Positions 30,018 through 40,690 of a DNA stretch of 64,000 nt are shown piece after piece. Within the stretch, counting starts at the first letter, position 1. Each line of letters starts with the position of its first letter. The position numbers and the translations under genes were made by a program. The notes under the pieces are model-generated. The model worked only from the letters and a program-made list of their open reading frames with translations. It did no database searches and was not told the origin of the DNA. The stretch comes from Tepidisphaeraceae bacterium (GTDB lineage Bacteria; Planctomycetota; Phycisphaerae; Tepidisphaerales; Tepidisphaeraceae): the NCBI GenBank assembly GCA_035551995.1, contig DASZME010000083.1, positions 61,220-125,219 on the forward strand, written 5' to 3'.

Positions 30018-30086
30018 CCGGCATAGTCCGCGGCCAGCGCACTGGTACAAGAATCGGCATCGGCGATCAGGTGATGGTCTACATCG
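30018..30086. repeat. 69-bp duplicate of the rnr 3' coding segment (29374..29442), about 85% identical, lying in the downstream intergenic region
   Basis: The copy inside the gene is ccggcgtagtccgcggccagcgcaccggcacaaaaatcggcatcggggatcaggtgatggtctacatcg. The downstream copy is ccggcatagtccgcggccagcgcactggtacaagaatcggcatcggcgatcaggtgatggtctacatcg. Confidence 0.6.
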
Positions 30087-30286
30087 GGGCCATACGAGGT
30101 GATGGAAAGACCTGACGGGGGCGACATAATCGCCGCGACGGGCGGCGTCAAAAGATAAAAAAGTCACCCTCACGCGAACCGTTCGGCTAAAGACTTCCTT
30201 GCACGTTTGTGTCGCGTTGACCAATTTTTCCAATCGTTCTCCAACCGGCTATCCGAAGCCAACGGGGTCCCCGGCGCCGGCGCCAT

Positions 30287-31372
30287 TTAACTCTGTGCCG
30301 ATGCGGGGCTGGCCCCGGATTGACGTTCGGCTGGCGTTTCCCGCAGAGTCAGCCGATTGATGATGGTGTTGACGCCAGGAACGTCGTGCAGATGCGTCAG
30401 CAGCCGCTCGAGTTCATCGCGTACGACATGGCCGGTCACGGTGACGCTTCCGTCGGCGTCAGTCAAAAACTGCACGTCATTGGGTTTGGCGATCCAGCCG
30501 CCGACGCGGGCGCGAATTTCGTTGATCAACTCACGGCTGTCGATCTTCAATTGGCGGGCGCCGCCCCGGCTGCCATAAAAGCGGTTCGCCAGATCGGTCC
30601 CGGTCGCGCGCATCAAATCGCCGGCGTTGCGGACCGCTTCGGAGGTCTTATTCCAGACCTCTTCTCGACGCGACCGGCCACGCAGCGGATCCATGAAATA
30701 CATCATCCCCGCGCCCACCGCGCAGCAGCCGACCGCGGTTGAAATCACCGCCACCGCCCCGACGCCCGGATGCGGATCTTCATGACCCAGCCATGATTGC
30801 GCCTGCGAATGAGCGTCGGCGGTTCGCTTGGAAAGCCAGCCGCGCCAGTTCCTGGCGCGGCTTGCCAGATCGTCGTGTACGTCATGCGCTTGACCGGCGA
30901 CGGATTCGCCCATGTGGGTGAGGCGGGCGCCAAGGCCGCGTGCTCGTTCCCACAGCCGATGGCCGACCTCGCTGGCATGTTGGCCATATCCCTCGGCGGC
31001 GGATTGTTTGTCGCGGAGGCCGGCGGTCGCCTGCTGGGTCAGTTCGGCGGCGATGGCCCGCGCTTCGTCGGCGAGGGCGTGCGTGTCATGGGCGGCATGA
31101 TGATGCATGTCGCCGACATGGCTGCTGACGCGGTGGGCGAGGTCTTTGACGTTGCCGGAAAGGTCGTGAAGACGATCGCTCACGGCTTCGCGGGCGGCGC
31201 CATATGCTCCCTCGGCGGCGGCGGCGACGCGAGTGCGCCGGCGGCGGCCGACCTCGGGGTCCATGAAGAACATCGCGGCTGCGCCCAGCAAGGCGCCACC
31301 TACCAGAATGGCCGTATCGGTCGTCGGTCGGGCTTTCATGTGGTCTCCTCTATTGTACATACGCGCCATCAT
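30287..31372 (-). CDS. BON-domain stress protein (OsmY-like C-terminal BON domain) with repeated MxFMDPxxGRxRR motifs
   Basis: The C-terminal BON domain is present (VQFLTDADGSVTVTGHVVRDELERLLTHLHDVPGVNTIINRLTL). Two MFFMDPEVGRRRR / MMYFMDPLRGRSRR segments each sit next to a short hydrophobic helix. The start overlaps the stop of the upstream gene (ATGA). Confidence 0.7.
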   Translation of the reverse strand: MMARMYNRGDHMKARPTTDTAILVGGALLGAAAMFFMDPEVGRRRRTRVAAAAEGAYGAAREAVSDRLHDLSGNVKDLAHRVSSHVGDMHHHAAHDTHALADEARAIAAELTQQATAGLRDKQSAAEGYGQHASEVGHRLWERARGLGARLTHMGESVAGQAHDVHDDLASRARNWRGWLSKRTADAHSQAQSWLGHEDPHPGVGAVAVISTAVGCCAVGAGMMYFMDPLRGRSRREEVWNKTSEAVRNAGDLMRATGTDLANRFYGSRGGARQLKIDSRELINEIRARVGGWIAKPNDVQFLTDADGSVTVTGHVVRDELERLLTHLHDVPGVNTIINRLTLRETPAERQSGASPASAQS

Positions 31373-31959
31373 GGGGCGTGGAATAAACCAGTCGTTGGAA
31401 TGGGGCTTGCGATTTCGTTGTGCACGTGAAGGCCGCCGTGCTGGGCAAGAATGTGGGCGGCTTCGGCCGCGCGTCCACCCGCTTTGACGGCGACGATCGC
31501 CTTGCCTTCGTGGAATTTTTGTTCATAGAAGCGCGCTTCGTCTTCGCTGACGCCCAGGCCCTGCAGCGCGCCCAGAATTCCGCCAATCGCCATACCGGCG
31601 ACGGTGCCGCCGAAGAAACTCGCCAGCACGCCCGCGGCGATCACTGGGCCGATGGGTGGGATGAGAATCGCCGCCGCAGTCGCCAGGACGCCGCCGACAA
31701 TCCCGCCGGTGACAATTCCGGCGGCCGCCCCGCGAACGTCTTTTGCCCCGTCCGAACTGCTAAGCATACCACCCGCCACCACATCGGACCCGCGAATGAC
31801 GTATCCAATATGGTCATGCGTAAAGCCCACCTGCTCCAGAGCATCGACGGCGTATTCAGCGTCGATCCGATCATCAAATACCGCGACCACCGCGCGCTCA
31901 ATATCGTCCGTCGGCGATGCGCCGCTGACACTCGACGAATTTTTAGTTGTTGGGTTCAT
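31369..31959 (-). CDS. General stress protein 17M / YflT-family protein
   Basis: The protein is colinear with B. subtilis YflT. Matching segments are VAVFDDRIDAEYAVDALEQVGFTHDHIGYV, a Gly-rich membrane segment IPPIGPVIAAGVLASFFGGTVAGMAIGG, GVSEDEARFYEQKFHEGKAIVAVK and a C-terminal AAEAAHILAQHGG. Confidence 0.8.
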   Translation of the reverse strand: MNPTTKNSSSVSGASPTDDIERAVVAVFDDRIDAEYAVDALEQVGFTHDHIGYVIRGSDVVAGGMLSSSDGAKDVRGAAAGIVTGGIVGGVLATAAAILIPPIGPVIAAGVLASFFGGTVAGMAIGGILGALQGLGVSEDEARFYEQKFHEGKAIVAVKAGGRAAEAAHILAQHGGLHVHNEIASPIPTTGLFHAP

Positions 31960-32243
31960 ATGCCACTTCCATTGGCTGATACGATAGACCGCAACAAATT
32001 GTCGCGGTCGCCAGCTACGTCCGACTTGATTGCAAAGGCGGCGCCGAAAAGGTACGGCGGATGGACTGGAGCCGATAAAAGCGTACGATTCTCAACACAA
32101 ACCAAACGTGTTGGAATTGGGATTTAGAATAACCCATCGCACTGCAGCCTCGGCTCGCGCTTGAACGCGGGATGCACGCCCGGGCGAACTTGTTCTTTTC
32201 CTGGTCGAAAACCTCCCACTTCTCTTTTGTGGAGTCCGTGCCA

Positions 32244-33218
32244 ATGGCCAAACTCATCGCGATGCTTCTTTTTTCTCTCGCCCTTGGCGCCGGCTCCGCT
32301 CGGGCACAGGCGCCTGACGCGGGCGCGGTTCGTCGCCAAATCGACGCTCGGATTCACTCGTTCCAGAATCAGAAGAAAAAAGCCACCCTCGGATTTATTC
32401 AGCAGGCGATCGCCCTGTCGATCGGCTACGGCGCCGAGGCGTATAACGCGGGGGACCGGGCCGGATGCTTTCAGTTTTACGCGGCCACCGCCGACTCGCT
32501 GATCGCCGCTTTCCCCGACGAAAAATCCGCCACCGAATCGGCCCGGCGGGCGCTGGGCGATCTGAAAGCCGCGCGCGAGCGCACCCTCAAAAATACCGAC
32601 CCCGACCGCAACGCCTGGACCATGCGCTACGCCTTCGACAAAACGCAAATCGCCTGGGAACTCCAAGTCGGCTCATCCCAGGGATTGATGCGCCTCGGCG
32701 CGGAGAATTTCGCCAAGTCGCAATTCGAAGAAGCGCAGGACGCGTACGAATCGGCGATTCAATCCCTGGCTGAACTGGACGGCCAGACCCTTCGGCAGAT
32801 TCCGATCGCGTGTCGCTTTGCGCCGTTGGCGCTGGCCAATACGCTGTTCGCACAAAAGCAATACAAGGCGGCGGCGGAAGCCGTCACCCCCGGATTGCGC
32901 TACTTGCCCGAATGGCCGGCGATAACGATCGATCTTCGGAGTTTGCATCACGATCCGGCGGAATACGAAAGCCTGATGGAAGACCTGCAAGCCAAGGCCA
33001 ACGCCGCCCCGCAGGACGCAAACCTTCAGTTTTTGCTGGGCTATGAATTATATTTCACCGGCAAAAAAGCGGCCGCAAACGAACAATTTCAGCGGACGCT
33101 GAAGATCGACCCGAATCACGCCGGCGCAAAAACACTGCTTCATCCGGGACAAAGGCCCGATGACGACGAGCCGGCGGCGCCGCCGGCGAAGGAGCCCAAG
33201 GGGACGCTGAAGACGTGA
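32244..33218 (+). CDS. Secreted TPR-like repeat protein (hypothetical)
   Basis: The ATG at 32244 gives a signal peptide (MAKLIAMLLFSLALGAGSARAQA). The protein is helical and repeat-like (AEAYNAGDRAGCFQFYAATADSLIAAF ... AVTPGLRYLPEW ... QFLLGYELYFTGKKAAANEQFQRTLKIDPNHAGA). Confidence 0.5.
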   Translation: MAKLIAMLLFSLALGAGSARAQAPDAGAVRRQIDARIHSFQNQKKKATLGFIQQAIALSIGYGAEAYNAGDRAGCFQFYAATADSLIAAFPDEKSATESARRALGDLKAARERTLKNTDPDRNAWTMRYAFDKTQIAWELQVGSSQGLMRLGAENFAKSQFEEAQDAYESAIQSLAELDGQTLRQIPIACRFAPLALANTLFAQKQYKAAAEAVTPGLRYLPEWPAITIDLRSLHHDPAEYESLMEDLQAKANAAPQDANLQFLLGYELYFTGKKAAANEQFQRTLKIDPNHAGAKTLLHPGQRPDDDEPAAPPAKEPKGTLKT

Positions 33219-33251
33219 TGAATCAATACGAGCCGCGAACCGCCAATTTTT

Positions 33252-34487
33252 TCACGCTCGAATCGGCGCCCGCATGGAGAGGATGCGGATGACGAAGCCG
33301 ATCAAGACAAGCCAGGCGACCATGCCGACCATCCCGGCGCCGACGGAAAGCTGATCGGTATAAAACGCATAGATCGGGAATTTGCCGTTCCAGAACAAGT
33401 TGTATCCGACGGCAAGAAAAACGCCCGCCGAACACGCGTACGCCATGGCCCATCCAGGCGCGGTCGCAAAGAGAAGGGGACCGATCATGGCGGTGTATTG
33501 CGCGCCGAAGCCGGGCGACATGATGAGAAAAACGGCGAGCGTGACCGCGCTGATCTGATAGCGATTCCATCGATTGTACCGGCGGGCGAGAATGGCCCAG
33601 ACAAGAACGATCACGGGAATCAGGAGCCGGCCAAATCTGCTGTAATAGAGCGTGAGCGCGCCGCCGGGAGTGGTTGGATCAAAGCTTCGATTTCGCCAAC
33701 CCATTAGAAAAAACGGAATTCCCCACCGGTCGATGACCGAGCCGTAGTTCAATACGTTTTGAGTGAATCCCAGCCGATTGACATAAATCGCCGGGATAAA
33801 TGGAATGACGCCGACCGACAACCCCAGCAGAAATCGCCACGCGTCGCGCCCGTTTCGGCAGCTTAGCAAAAGGGGCGGGATCAGGAGCACGGGAATCAGC
33901 TTGACGTTGATCGCCGCCGCAAGCGCCAGGCCGGCCCAGCAAAATCGGCGATGGCGCTCCATCAGATACACCGACAGTAAACAGAGCATCGCGTAGCACG
34001 GATCGGTATTGCAGTGAAAGCCGGTGACGAGAACGGAAGCGAGACTGAGGGCGAAGCCCGCCGCGGCCACCACCGCCGCTCCGCAAACGGCGGAAGATTT
34101 CCATATTTTCCAGATCAGGTAAATGGAAATGGCGTCGGCGCCGATCGGCGCCAGCTTGAAAATAAAACTGAACAAGTGAACGCCGCCGCCGGCGATTTTA
34201 CGGGCGAGCAGCGCCCATAGCGCCGGCAGGGGAGGATGATTGAAATCAGGATCGACGCTGTAGGTTCTGAGCAAACCGGATCGGTGAATTTCCGTGGTGA
34301 AGCGATAGAACGTGGTGGCGTCGTTTGTGCCGATGGAGATGGACGCCAGCGCCAGCCGCAAAAGAATTCCAACGGTGATCCACACCCATACCGCCGTCGG
34401 CGCGCGAGCGGTCGCATTGATGACCGGAACATCTTCCATAGGTCGCGCGTTCGCTGTCGCTTTGGGCGCGAAGGGGTCGTGATTCAT
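33252..34487 (-). CDS. Polytopic integral membrane protein, GT-C-type (DUF2029/GT87-like) glycosyltransferase candidate
   Basis: It has 10 or more predicted transmembrane helices. The N-proximal loop reads ISIGTNDATTFYRFTTEIHRSGLLRTYSVDPDFNHPPLP, followed by WKIWK, which resembles the DUF2029 mannosyltransferase family. The start is taken at the internal ATG at 34487 (MNHDPFAPK), because the first 62 codons of the track ORF are Arg-rich. Confidence 0.45.
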   Translation of the reverse strand: MNHDPFAPKATANARPMEDVPVINATARAPTAVWVWITVGILLRLALASISIGTNDATTFYRFTTEIHRSGLLRTYSVDPDFNHPPLPALWALLARKIAGGGVHLFSFIFKLAPIGADAISIYLIWKIWKSSAVCGAAVVAAAGFALSLASVLVTGFHCNTDPCYAMLCLLSVYLMERHRRFCWAGLALAAAINVKLIPVLLIPPLLLSCRNGRDAWRFLLGLSVGVIPFIPAIYVNRLGFTQNVLNYGSVIDRWGIPFFLMGWRNRSFDPTTPGGALTLYYSRFGRLLIPVIVLVWAILARRYNRWNRYQISAVTLAVFLIMSPGFGAQYTAMIGPLLFATAPGWAMAYACSAGVFLAVGYNLFWNGKFPIYAFYTDQLSVGAGMVGMVAWLVLIGFVIRILSMRAPIRA

Positions 34488-34749
34488 CGTCGAACAATTA
34501 CCTTTCCGACGCGCCGGCAAGCGGGGCGGCGCGTGAATCACGCGCGCTTCGCGCGCGTCGTATCGATGCCCACGCGTCGCTCCCGCGATCGCGCCGCCGG
34601 AGGGTACCGTCCGCGTGGCGTCGAAGATAGTCACGCGATGCGATCCCGTTCGCTTTGACGTCCATTTTCGCATATAATTTCACGCTCTGGCAATGGGCCC
34701 GGCGACTGTCACGAAAACAGCGCGGCGGGCCGTTTTTCGCGGAATTATT

Positions 34750-37467
34750 ATGGCTGAACCAACGCCGACTCCACCCTTTCAGGAACGCATCGAAGACCTC
34801 AGCATCGAACAGGAGCTTGGGGATTCTTATCTGACCTATGCCATGAGCACCATTATGGACCGGGCGCTGCCCGACGTTCGCGATGGGCTGAAGCCGTCCC
34901 AGCGCCGAATATTGGTGGCGATGAACGATCTGAATCTGCGGCCGGGCTCGAAGCACCTCAAGTGCGCCAAGATCGCGGGCAATACCTCCGGCGATTATCA
35001 CCCGCACGGCGAATCGATCGTCTACCCGACGCTCGTGCGTCTCGTGCAGCCGTGGAGCTTGCGCTATCCGCTCATCGACGGCCAGGGCAACTTCGGCAGC
35101 ACCGACGGCGATCCACCCGCCGCCATGCGTTATACCGAGGCCCGCCCAACGAGCGTCGAGCAGGAAATGATGGTCGACTTGAATCTCGACACGGTCGATT
35201 ATCAACCCAACTACGATGATCGCCTGCTCGAGCCGACCGTGCTGCCCGGCAAGTTCCCCAACCTGCTGGTGAACGGATCGACCGGCATCGCCGTCGGCAT
35301 GGCGTGCAATCTGCTTCCGCATAATCTGCGGGAAATTTGCGACGCCATCGTCAAGGTGATCGACAATCCGGACGTCTCGCTGATGGACTTGATGGAAAGC
35401 GTTCCCGGTCCCGATTTCCCCACCGGCGGCATTATCTGCGGCCGCGACGGCATCCTCGAAGGCTACAAATCCGGCCGCGGGCGCATTACCCTTCGCGCCA
35501 AAATTCACGTCGAAGAACAAAAGGGAACCAAGACGCTGGTCGTCATCGACGAGATTCCGTACGGCGTCATTCGTAAATCGATTCAGATCGCCGTCGCCGA
35601 GTGGAAGAACAAGGACCAGTTCAAGGAAGTATCGGCAATCAACGATGAATCGGGCCGGCATCATGCCGTCCGCATCGTGCTCGATTTAAAGCGCGACGCC
35701 GACCCGGACGTGGTGATCGCGCAGCTCTATCAATACACGCAATGCCAGATCACGGTGCCGATGATCAACATCGCGCTGGTGAATCGCCAGCCGCGAACGA
35801 TGGGATTGAAGGAATTGATCCAGCACTTCATCGCCCATCGCGAGGTCGTGATCACCCGGCGGACCAAGTTCCTGCTGCGCCGGGCGCAGCAGCGCGAGCA
35901 TATCCTGGAAGGGTTGATCTTCGCCGTCTGCGATATCGACGAAGTCATTCGGCTCATTCGCTCGAGCAAGACTCGCGAAGAGGCGATCGAAAAACTGATC
36001 CAGCAGGGATTCCGGATCGATCCCAACAGCGCGCTTCGGGAAAAACTGCCGGAACGGATCATCTTTCGGCATCCAAAGATTTTCGCGGTCGAGCCGGGCG
36101 AACCGATTTCGCCGTTCCGCGTCTCGCGCGCGCAGGCCGAGGCGATCGGAAGATTGCAGCTGATTCAGTTGGTCGGCCTGGAGATCGATAAACTCGTCAA
36201 CGAATACAAGACGGTGGCGGAAGAAATTGAAGAGTACGAAAAAATTCTCGGCGATCATGCTTACCTGATGGATCTGATCCGCGAAGACGTTTTCGAGATG
36301 AAGGAAAAATACGGCGACGCCCGCCGAACCGAAATCTCCGGCTCCGTCACCGACATGAACATGGAAGACCTGATCGCCAAGGAAGACGTGGTGGTCACGG
36401 TAAGTCACGGCGGATACGTCAAGCGCCTCACGACCGACACCTACCGCAGCCAGGGCCGGGGCGGTCGCGGCATCAAGGGAACCGAATCAAAGGAAGGGGA
36501 TTTCGTCGAGCATCTTTTCATCGCCAATACGCACGATTACCTGCTGTTCTTCACCAACCAGGGCCGGGTGTACGAACGGCGGGTTTATCATGTGCCGGAA
36601 ATGAGCCGGACAAGCCAGGGCCGATCGATCGCCAACCTGCTTTCGTTTCAGCCCAATGAAAAAGTGGCCAACGTGCTGGCGATCAAGGATTTCACCAGCG
36701 GCGAACATTTCCTTTTGTTCGCGACGGCCAAGGGCACCGTGAAGAAAACAGCCCTCAGCGCCTACGCCAACATCCGCCAGAACGGCATCATCGCCATCGG
36801 CATGGAAGAGGGGGACACACTGATCGACGTCGCCGTCACCAGCGGCAAGGACCACGTGATCCTCGGCACCAAGAGCGGCCTTGCGATCCGTTTCGAGGAA
36901 TCCGACGTCCGCGCCATGGGCCGCCCCGCGGGCGGCGTCACCGGCGCCCGCTTCAAGCGCGAGGGCGACGCCGTCGTCTCCATGCTCATCGTTCATCAGG
37001 GCGACAACGAAATGTACAAGGTTTTAACCGCCTGCGTGAACGGTTACGGCAAGCGCACGCCGCTCGACGCATACCCGGTCAAAGGCCGCGGCACCCGCGG
37101 CGTCATCGATATCCTCACCACCGAACGTAACGGCGACGTGGTCGGCATGAAGTTGATCAAGGATTCCGATGAAGTCATGTTCATCACGGAAAAGGGAATC
37201 CTGATGCGCACGCCCGTCGGCGAAATCCGCGAGACCGACCGCAACACCCAAGGCGTCCGCCTGATGCGGCTGGATGAAGGCGATCGCCTGGTTGCGATGG
37301 CCTGCGTGGCGGCCGAAGAACCCAAGCCCGCCGAGGGCGGCGACGGCCAAGCCCCGACGGTGGTCAGCACCGAGCAGACGCTGATTGAAGAACCGCAAAT
37401 TCCGGAGGATGCCGAGCGCGGAGCCGATGGGGAAGATTCCAACGATGACGAGGCGGCGCCGGATTGA
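34750..37467 (+). CDS. gyrA: DNA gyrase subunit A
   Basis: The N-terminus reads [42 protein letters not shown]. The active-site Tyr region is present (AAMRYTEAR). The GyrA box is present ([10 protein letters not shown]). Six C-terminal beta-pinwheel blades are present, with an acidic tail. The start is the ATG at 34750 (MAEPTPTPP). Confidence 0.9.
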   Translation: MAEPTPTPPFQERIEDLSIEQELGDSYLTYAMSTIMDRALPDVRDGLKPSQRRILVAMNDLNLRPGSKHLKCAKIAGNTSGDYHPHGESIVYPTLVRLVQPWSLRYPLIDGQGNFGSTDGDPPAAMRYTEARPTSVEQEMMVDLNLDTVDYQPNYDDRLLEPTVLPGKFPNLLVNGSTGIAVGMACNLLPHNLREICDAIVKVIDNPDVSLMDLMESVPGPDFPTGGIICGRDGILEGYKSGRGRITLRAKIHVEEQKGTKTLVVIDEIPYGVIRKSIQIAVAEWKNKDQFKEVSAINDESGRHHAVRIVLDLKRDADPDVVIAQLYQYTQCQITVPMINIALVNRQPRTMGLKELIQHFIAHREVVITRRTKFLLRRAQQREHILEGLIFAVCDIDEVIRLIRSSKTREEAIEKLIQQGFRIDPNSALREKLPERIIFRHPKIFAVEPGEPISPFRVSRAQAEAIGRLQLIQLVGLEIDKLVNEYKTVAEEIEEYEKILGDHAYLMDLIREDVFEMKEKYGDARRTEISGSVTDMNMEDLIAKEDVVVTVSHGGYVKRLTTDTYRSQGRGGRGIKGTESKEGDFVEHLFIANTHDYLLFFTNQGRVYERRVYHVPEMSRTSQGRSIANLLSFQPNEKVANVLAIKDFTSGEHFLLFATAKGTVKKTALSAYANIRQNGIIAIGMEEGDTLIDVAVTSGKDHVILGTKSGLAIRFEESDVRAMGRPAGGVTGARFKREGDAVVSMLIVHQGDNEMYKVLTACVNGYGKRTPLDAYPVKGRGTRGVIDILTTERNGDVVGMKLIKDSDEVMFITEKGILMRTPVGEIRETDRNTQGVRLMRLDEGDRLVAMACVAAEEPKPAEGGDGQAPTVVSTEQTLIEEPQIPEDAERGADGEDSNDDEAAPD

Positions 37468-37605
37468 GGTCAAGGCGTCTCCAGGAATTAACCAGGGTTC
37501 GGCGGGCTTGGGCTCGCGGCCAGCAAAGGTCGGGCAAACGAAGGCGTATGGTGGCCAAGAACCGGCGCCCAAGGATCGGGGTTTGCCGAAGCGGATAATC
37601 CAATC

Positions 37606-38742
37606 ATGTCAGACCCGCGGCGCATCGTCGAAAACATCCGCGTCTTCATGACGTCCGGGGCCGGCGCGGCGGCCGCGCCGATCGCGGCGGTGGCGGTCGA
37701 TTATGCGGAACTCTGCCGCGACGCCAACCTGCGCCTTCAACGCTGCGCCGAATTTCTTCATGAAGGATTGGTCGGCGAAGCGGTCGAATTCGCGGCGGTT
37801 AGGCCGCCGCTGCTGGAGCTAATCGCGACGCTTGATTTTCAGGAGGTTCCCGCCTGGGAGCAAGCCTGCGCTCAGATGGGCATGGCGCGGGCCGCGCGAT
37901 TGGAGCTGAATACCGCGATCATGTTAAACGCCGCCCGCGAGCGCCACGAGCCCATTAAGGAACTGCTCGGAAGGTATCGCTATCTTGCTTTGGCCCGGGC
38001 GCCGCTGACCGAACGTCTTACGACGGCTTGGCGCCTCGCCGCGGCCGATCCGTCCAGCGTCATCTGGCGCCAGGAAGCCGAGGAGCTTGAAAAATCCCGC
38101 CTGATCCAGCTTCGCGTCGAAGCGTCGGCCGCCATGGAAGCCAACGACGTGCAGCAGATGGATAAGCTTCTGCTGGAGCTTGGCGTGGGGCGCTGGCAGG
38201 CGTTTGCCGCCTTGGAATTGAAGGAGACTTTGCATCGCGCCGTGACGGGCGTGCGCTACGCCGGCGCCATTTCGCGGCTGAACGCGACCGTGCCGAAAGT
38301 TCGCGAGGCATTCGCGGCCAAGTCCCTGGAACAGTGCCAGGCCGTTTTCGCGCAGTGGGGAAAAATCGTCAAGGAATCGCGCGTCGTCGTGCCGGTCGAT
38401 CTGCGCCAGCACATCCTGCCGCTGGCGCATTGGATCGACGAGGAGGAGGAACGACGCGCCCACGAACGCAAATTCCGCTCGGCATGCAGCCAGCTTCTCG
38501 ACGCGGTCAAGCGGCAGGCGCCCGTCGAGGAAATAAAGGAATGTTATCGCGCGGTCGCCGCGTTTGAATCGCCGATACCCCAGGACGTCGCCGCGGCCTA
38601 CGACCACGGCGTCGAGACGGCGCGCCTGGCGAAAGCAAAGGAACAAAAAAAACAATACGCGTTGGCCGCCGCGCTGGTGGGAGCCATCGTGGCGGCGCTG
38701 GGCACGCTGACCTTCGTTATTTTCAACGGCGGAAAGCGGTAA
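37606..38742 (+). CDS. Hypothetical alpha-helical protein with a C-terminal transmembrane anchor
   Basis: The ORF is 378 aa. It is helical and Ala/Leu/Arg-rich but compositionally protein-like. The C-terminal transmembrane helix reads YALAAALVGAIVAALGTLTFVIF. No family was recognised. Confidence 0.45.
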   Translation: MSDPRRIVENIRVFMTSGAGAAAAPIAAVAVDYAELCRDANLRLQRCAEFLHEGLVGEAVEFAAVRPPLLELIATLDFQEVPAWEQACAQMGMARAARLELNTAIMLNAARERHEPIKELLGRYRYLALARAPLTERLTTAWRLAAADPSSVIWRQEAEELEKSRLIQLRVEASAAMEANDVQQMDKLLLELGVGRWQAFAALELKETLHRAVTGVRYAGAISRLNATVPKVREAFAAKSLEQCQAVFAQWGKIVKESRVVVPVDLRQHILPLAHWIDEEEERRAHERKFRSACSQLLDAVKRQAPVEEIKECYRAVAAFESPIPQDVAAAYDHGVETARLAKAKEQKKQYALAAALVGAIVAALGTLTFVIFNGGKR

Positions 38743-38763
38743 GCGCCGGACGGCCGAGACCTA

Positions 38764-38843
38764 GAGCGTTTCTCATGCTGGTGAAGCGACCTTGCGTCGC
38801 GAAAAACGCCCCGCAAGCGGGGCCGCTAAACACAGAAACGCGC
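38764..38843. repeat. Family-B REP-like repeat, copy B4 (inverted orientation)
   Basis: The reverse complement reads gcgtttctgtgtttagcggccccgcttgcggggcgtttttcgcgacgcaaggtcgcttcaccagcatgagaaacgc. It matches B2 and B3 including the distal CAtg[ar]aaa motif. Confidence 0.45.
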
Positions 38844-38949
38844 GAGCAACCTGACAACCGCTCTAATAAAAACGATTCACCTGTGGATTAGGTAGCGATG
38901 CTCGCCGCGTGACTATTTTTATGACCCGCCACGTCTTAGAATTGCGACG

Positions 38950-40602
38950 GTGATAAATGTGAAAGCCGATCTCTCCGTTGCTTTTCTGAAAGCCGCGTCC
39001 TTCTTATTCATACTGTCGTTCGGGATCGCTCTGCCCGCCGTCGCCGACGATCAGCCCAGGTCACTTCTTTCCAACGGCGATTTTCAAAGCGTCTCTTCCG
39101 ATTCCAACTGGCCTCAGGATTGGCCGCGGGCCGATGGAGTGACCTTCGAGCAGGAGGAGGGGCAGCGTTTCCTGCGCCTGCATTCGAGTAAGCCGGGGCA
39201 GATGATCCTCGTCTATCGGCAGATGCCGATCCCTTCGCCTCGACCGGCGGCTCTGGAGGTTTGTTTCCGCGTTCGCTATGCGGACATTAAGCCCGGCGAG
39301 AAATCCTGGTATGACGGCCGGATCATCTGCCATTTCAAGAATCGCGACAACGACGTCGTCAAACCCGAACCGCCCACGCCGTCCTTTCATGGCGGTTCGG
39401 ATAAGTGGGTCGAGCGGGACTACTTTGTAAAAGTGCCGGGCGGCGCGAAGTTTTTGGAAGTGATGCCGTGCCTGTTCCATCCCGCGAGCGGGACGCTGGA
39501 GATCGCAAAATTCGCGGTGTTCGCGGCCACCGCGGACAAACTGCCAAAGCCGCCGCCTGTTATACCTTCCGCTTTGGTCGCTTCGACGATCCCGGCGGAT
39601 CGAGTGCCGCCGGAACTCCACGTGGTCGGCAATGAACTCCAGTCGGCGGCAGGAAAAACAGTTTGGCTTCAGGGGCTGTGCGTCGACAGCATGGAATGGT
39701 CGGGAGCGGGGGAGCACATCGAGCAGTCGATCGTCGTCGCCATCGATCAGTGGAAGGCGAATGTCATTCGTCTGCCCGTGACCGAGGAGTTCTGGTTCGG
39801 CCGTAATCAGTGGCAGCACGACGGCGGCATCGCTTATCGAAAGCTGGTGGACGCGGCGATCGATACCGCCGCCGCGCGCGGAGGCTACCTTGCGCTGGAC
39901 CTTCATCGATTTGGAGCGCCGATGCCGGCGCATAAGGAGTTCTGGACCGACGCCGCCACGCGATACAAAAATCGTCCCGAGGTGATCTTCGAGCTTTTCA
40001 ACGAGGCGCACGGCGTCTCATGGAAAACCTGGCGCGACGGCGGTTCGCTGAAAGACCCCGCCGCCGCCGGGAAAGACGCCAACGCCGCGGAAAACAGCGA
40101 AACCGAAGAGGGCGAAACATCCGTCGGCATGCAAGCGCTGCTCGGCGCCATCCGCGCCGCCGGCGCCCGCAATCCAGTCATCGCCGGCGGATTGGACTGG
40201 GGCTATGACCTTTCAGGCGTCACAAACGGCTTCGCCCTGAAAGACGACGACCGCGCCGACGGCGTGATTTATTCCAGCCATATCTATCCTTGGAAAAAAG
40301 ACTGGCGCGGGAAGGTTCTTTTGGCCGCTGAAAAGTATCCGATTTTTGTCGGGGAAATCGGGTGTCCGCTGGAGCGTATGCCGTTCATTCCGCCCGCGCA
40401 GCACGAAGATCCTTATACCTGGGCGCCCGACGCGCTTGGCTTCATACAGAAGTACAAGTTGAATTGGACCGGCTTCAGCTTTCATCCCAAGTGCGCGCCG
40501 ATGGTCATCAGCGATTGGCGGTATACGCCCACGCCATATTGGGGCGCGTTCGTCAAGGATGCGCTATCGGGAAAGGCGTTTCTGTCGGACAAGATGCGGT
40601 GA
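38950..40602 (+). CDS. Secreted glycoside hydrolase family 5 protein (cellulase-like) with an N-terminal carbohydrate-binding-like domain
   Basis: A signal peptide is present (FLKAASFLFILSFGIALPAVA). The GH5 catalytic acid region is present (VIFELFNEAHG). The nucleophile region is present (PIFVGEIGCP). The TIM-barrel spacing is conserved. The start is a GTG at 38950. Confidence 0.75.
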   Translation: MINVKADLSVAFLKAASFLFILSFGIALPAVADDQPRSLLSNGDFQSVSSDSNWPQDWPRADGVTFEQEEGQRFLRLHSSKPGQMILVYRQMPIPSPRPAALEVCFRVRYADIKPGEKSWYDGRIICHFKNRDNDVVKPEPPTPSFHGGSDKWVERDYFVKVPGGAKFLEVMPCLFHPASGTLEIAKFAVFAATADKLPKPPPVIPSALVASTIPADRVPPELHVVGNELQSAAGKTVWLQGLCVDSMEWSGAGEHIEQSIVVAIDQWKANVIRLPVTEEFWFGRNQWQHDGGIAYRKLVDAAIDTAAARGGYLALDLHRFGAPMPAHKEFWTDAATRYKNRPEVIFELFNEAHGVSWKTWRDGGSLKDPAAAGKDANAAENSETEEGETSVGMQALLGAIRAAGARNPVIAGGLDWGYDLSGVTNGFALKDDDRADGVIYSSHIYPWKKDWRGKVLLAAEKYPIFVGEIGCPLERMPFIPPAQHEDPYTWAPDALGFIQKYKLNWTGFSFHPKCAPMVISDWRYTPTPYWGAFVKDALSGKAFLSDKMR

Positions 40603-40690
40603 TGAAGTCACCGTCGCAAACACTCTGAGGCCGGGCGCACTTGCGCCATAATTTTGAATCTCGCCGCGCGGTGGAACGCCCGCCGCGGCT

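Noticed and set aside
29484-30233. 249-aa minus-strand ORF downstream of and overlapping the rnr 3' end
   Set aside because: Most of it is the antisense of the rnr tail and of the 69-bp duplicate. A short stretch (LTQFAAKDRQLTLDDIPRLGVIDLTVAVY) looks mildly protein-like, but no start, motif or family was recognised, so it is treated as non-coding or decayed.
34498-35664. 388-aa minus-strand ORF overlapping the gyrA 5' region
   Set aside because: It is a shadow ORF with no features, and gyrA is clearly on the plus strand.
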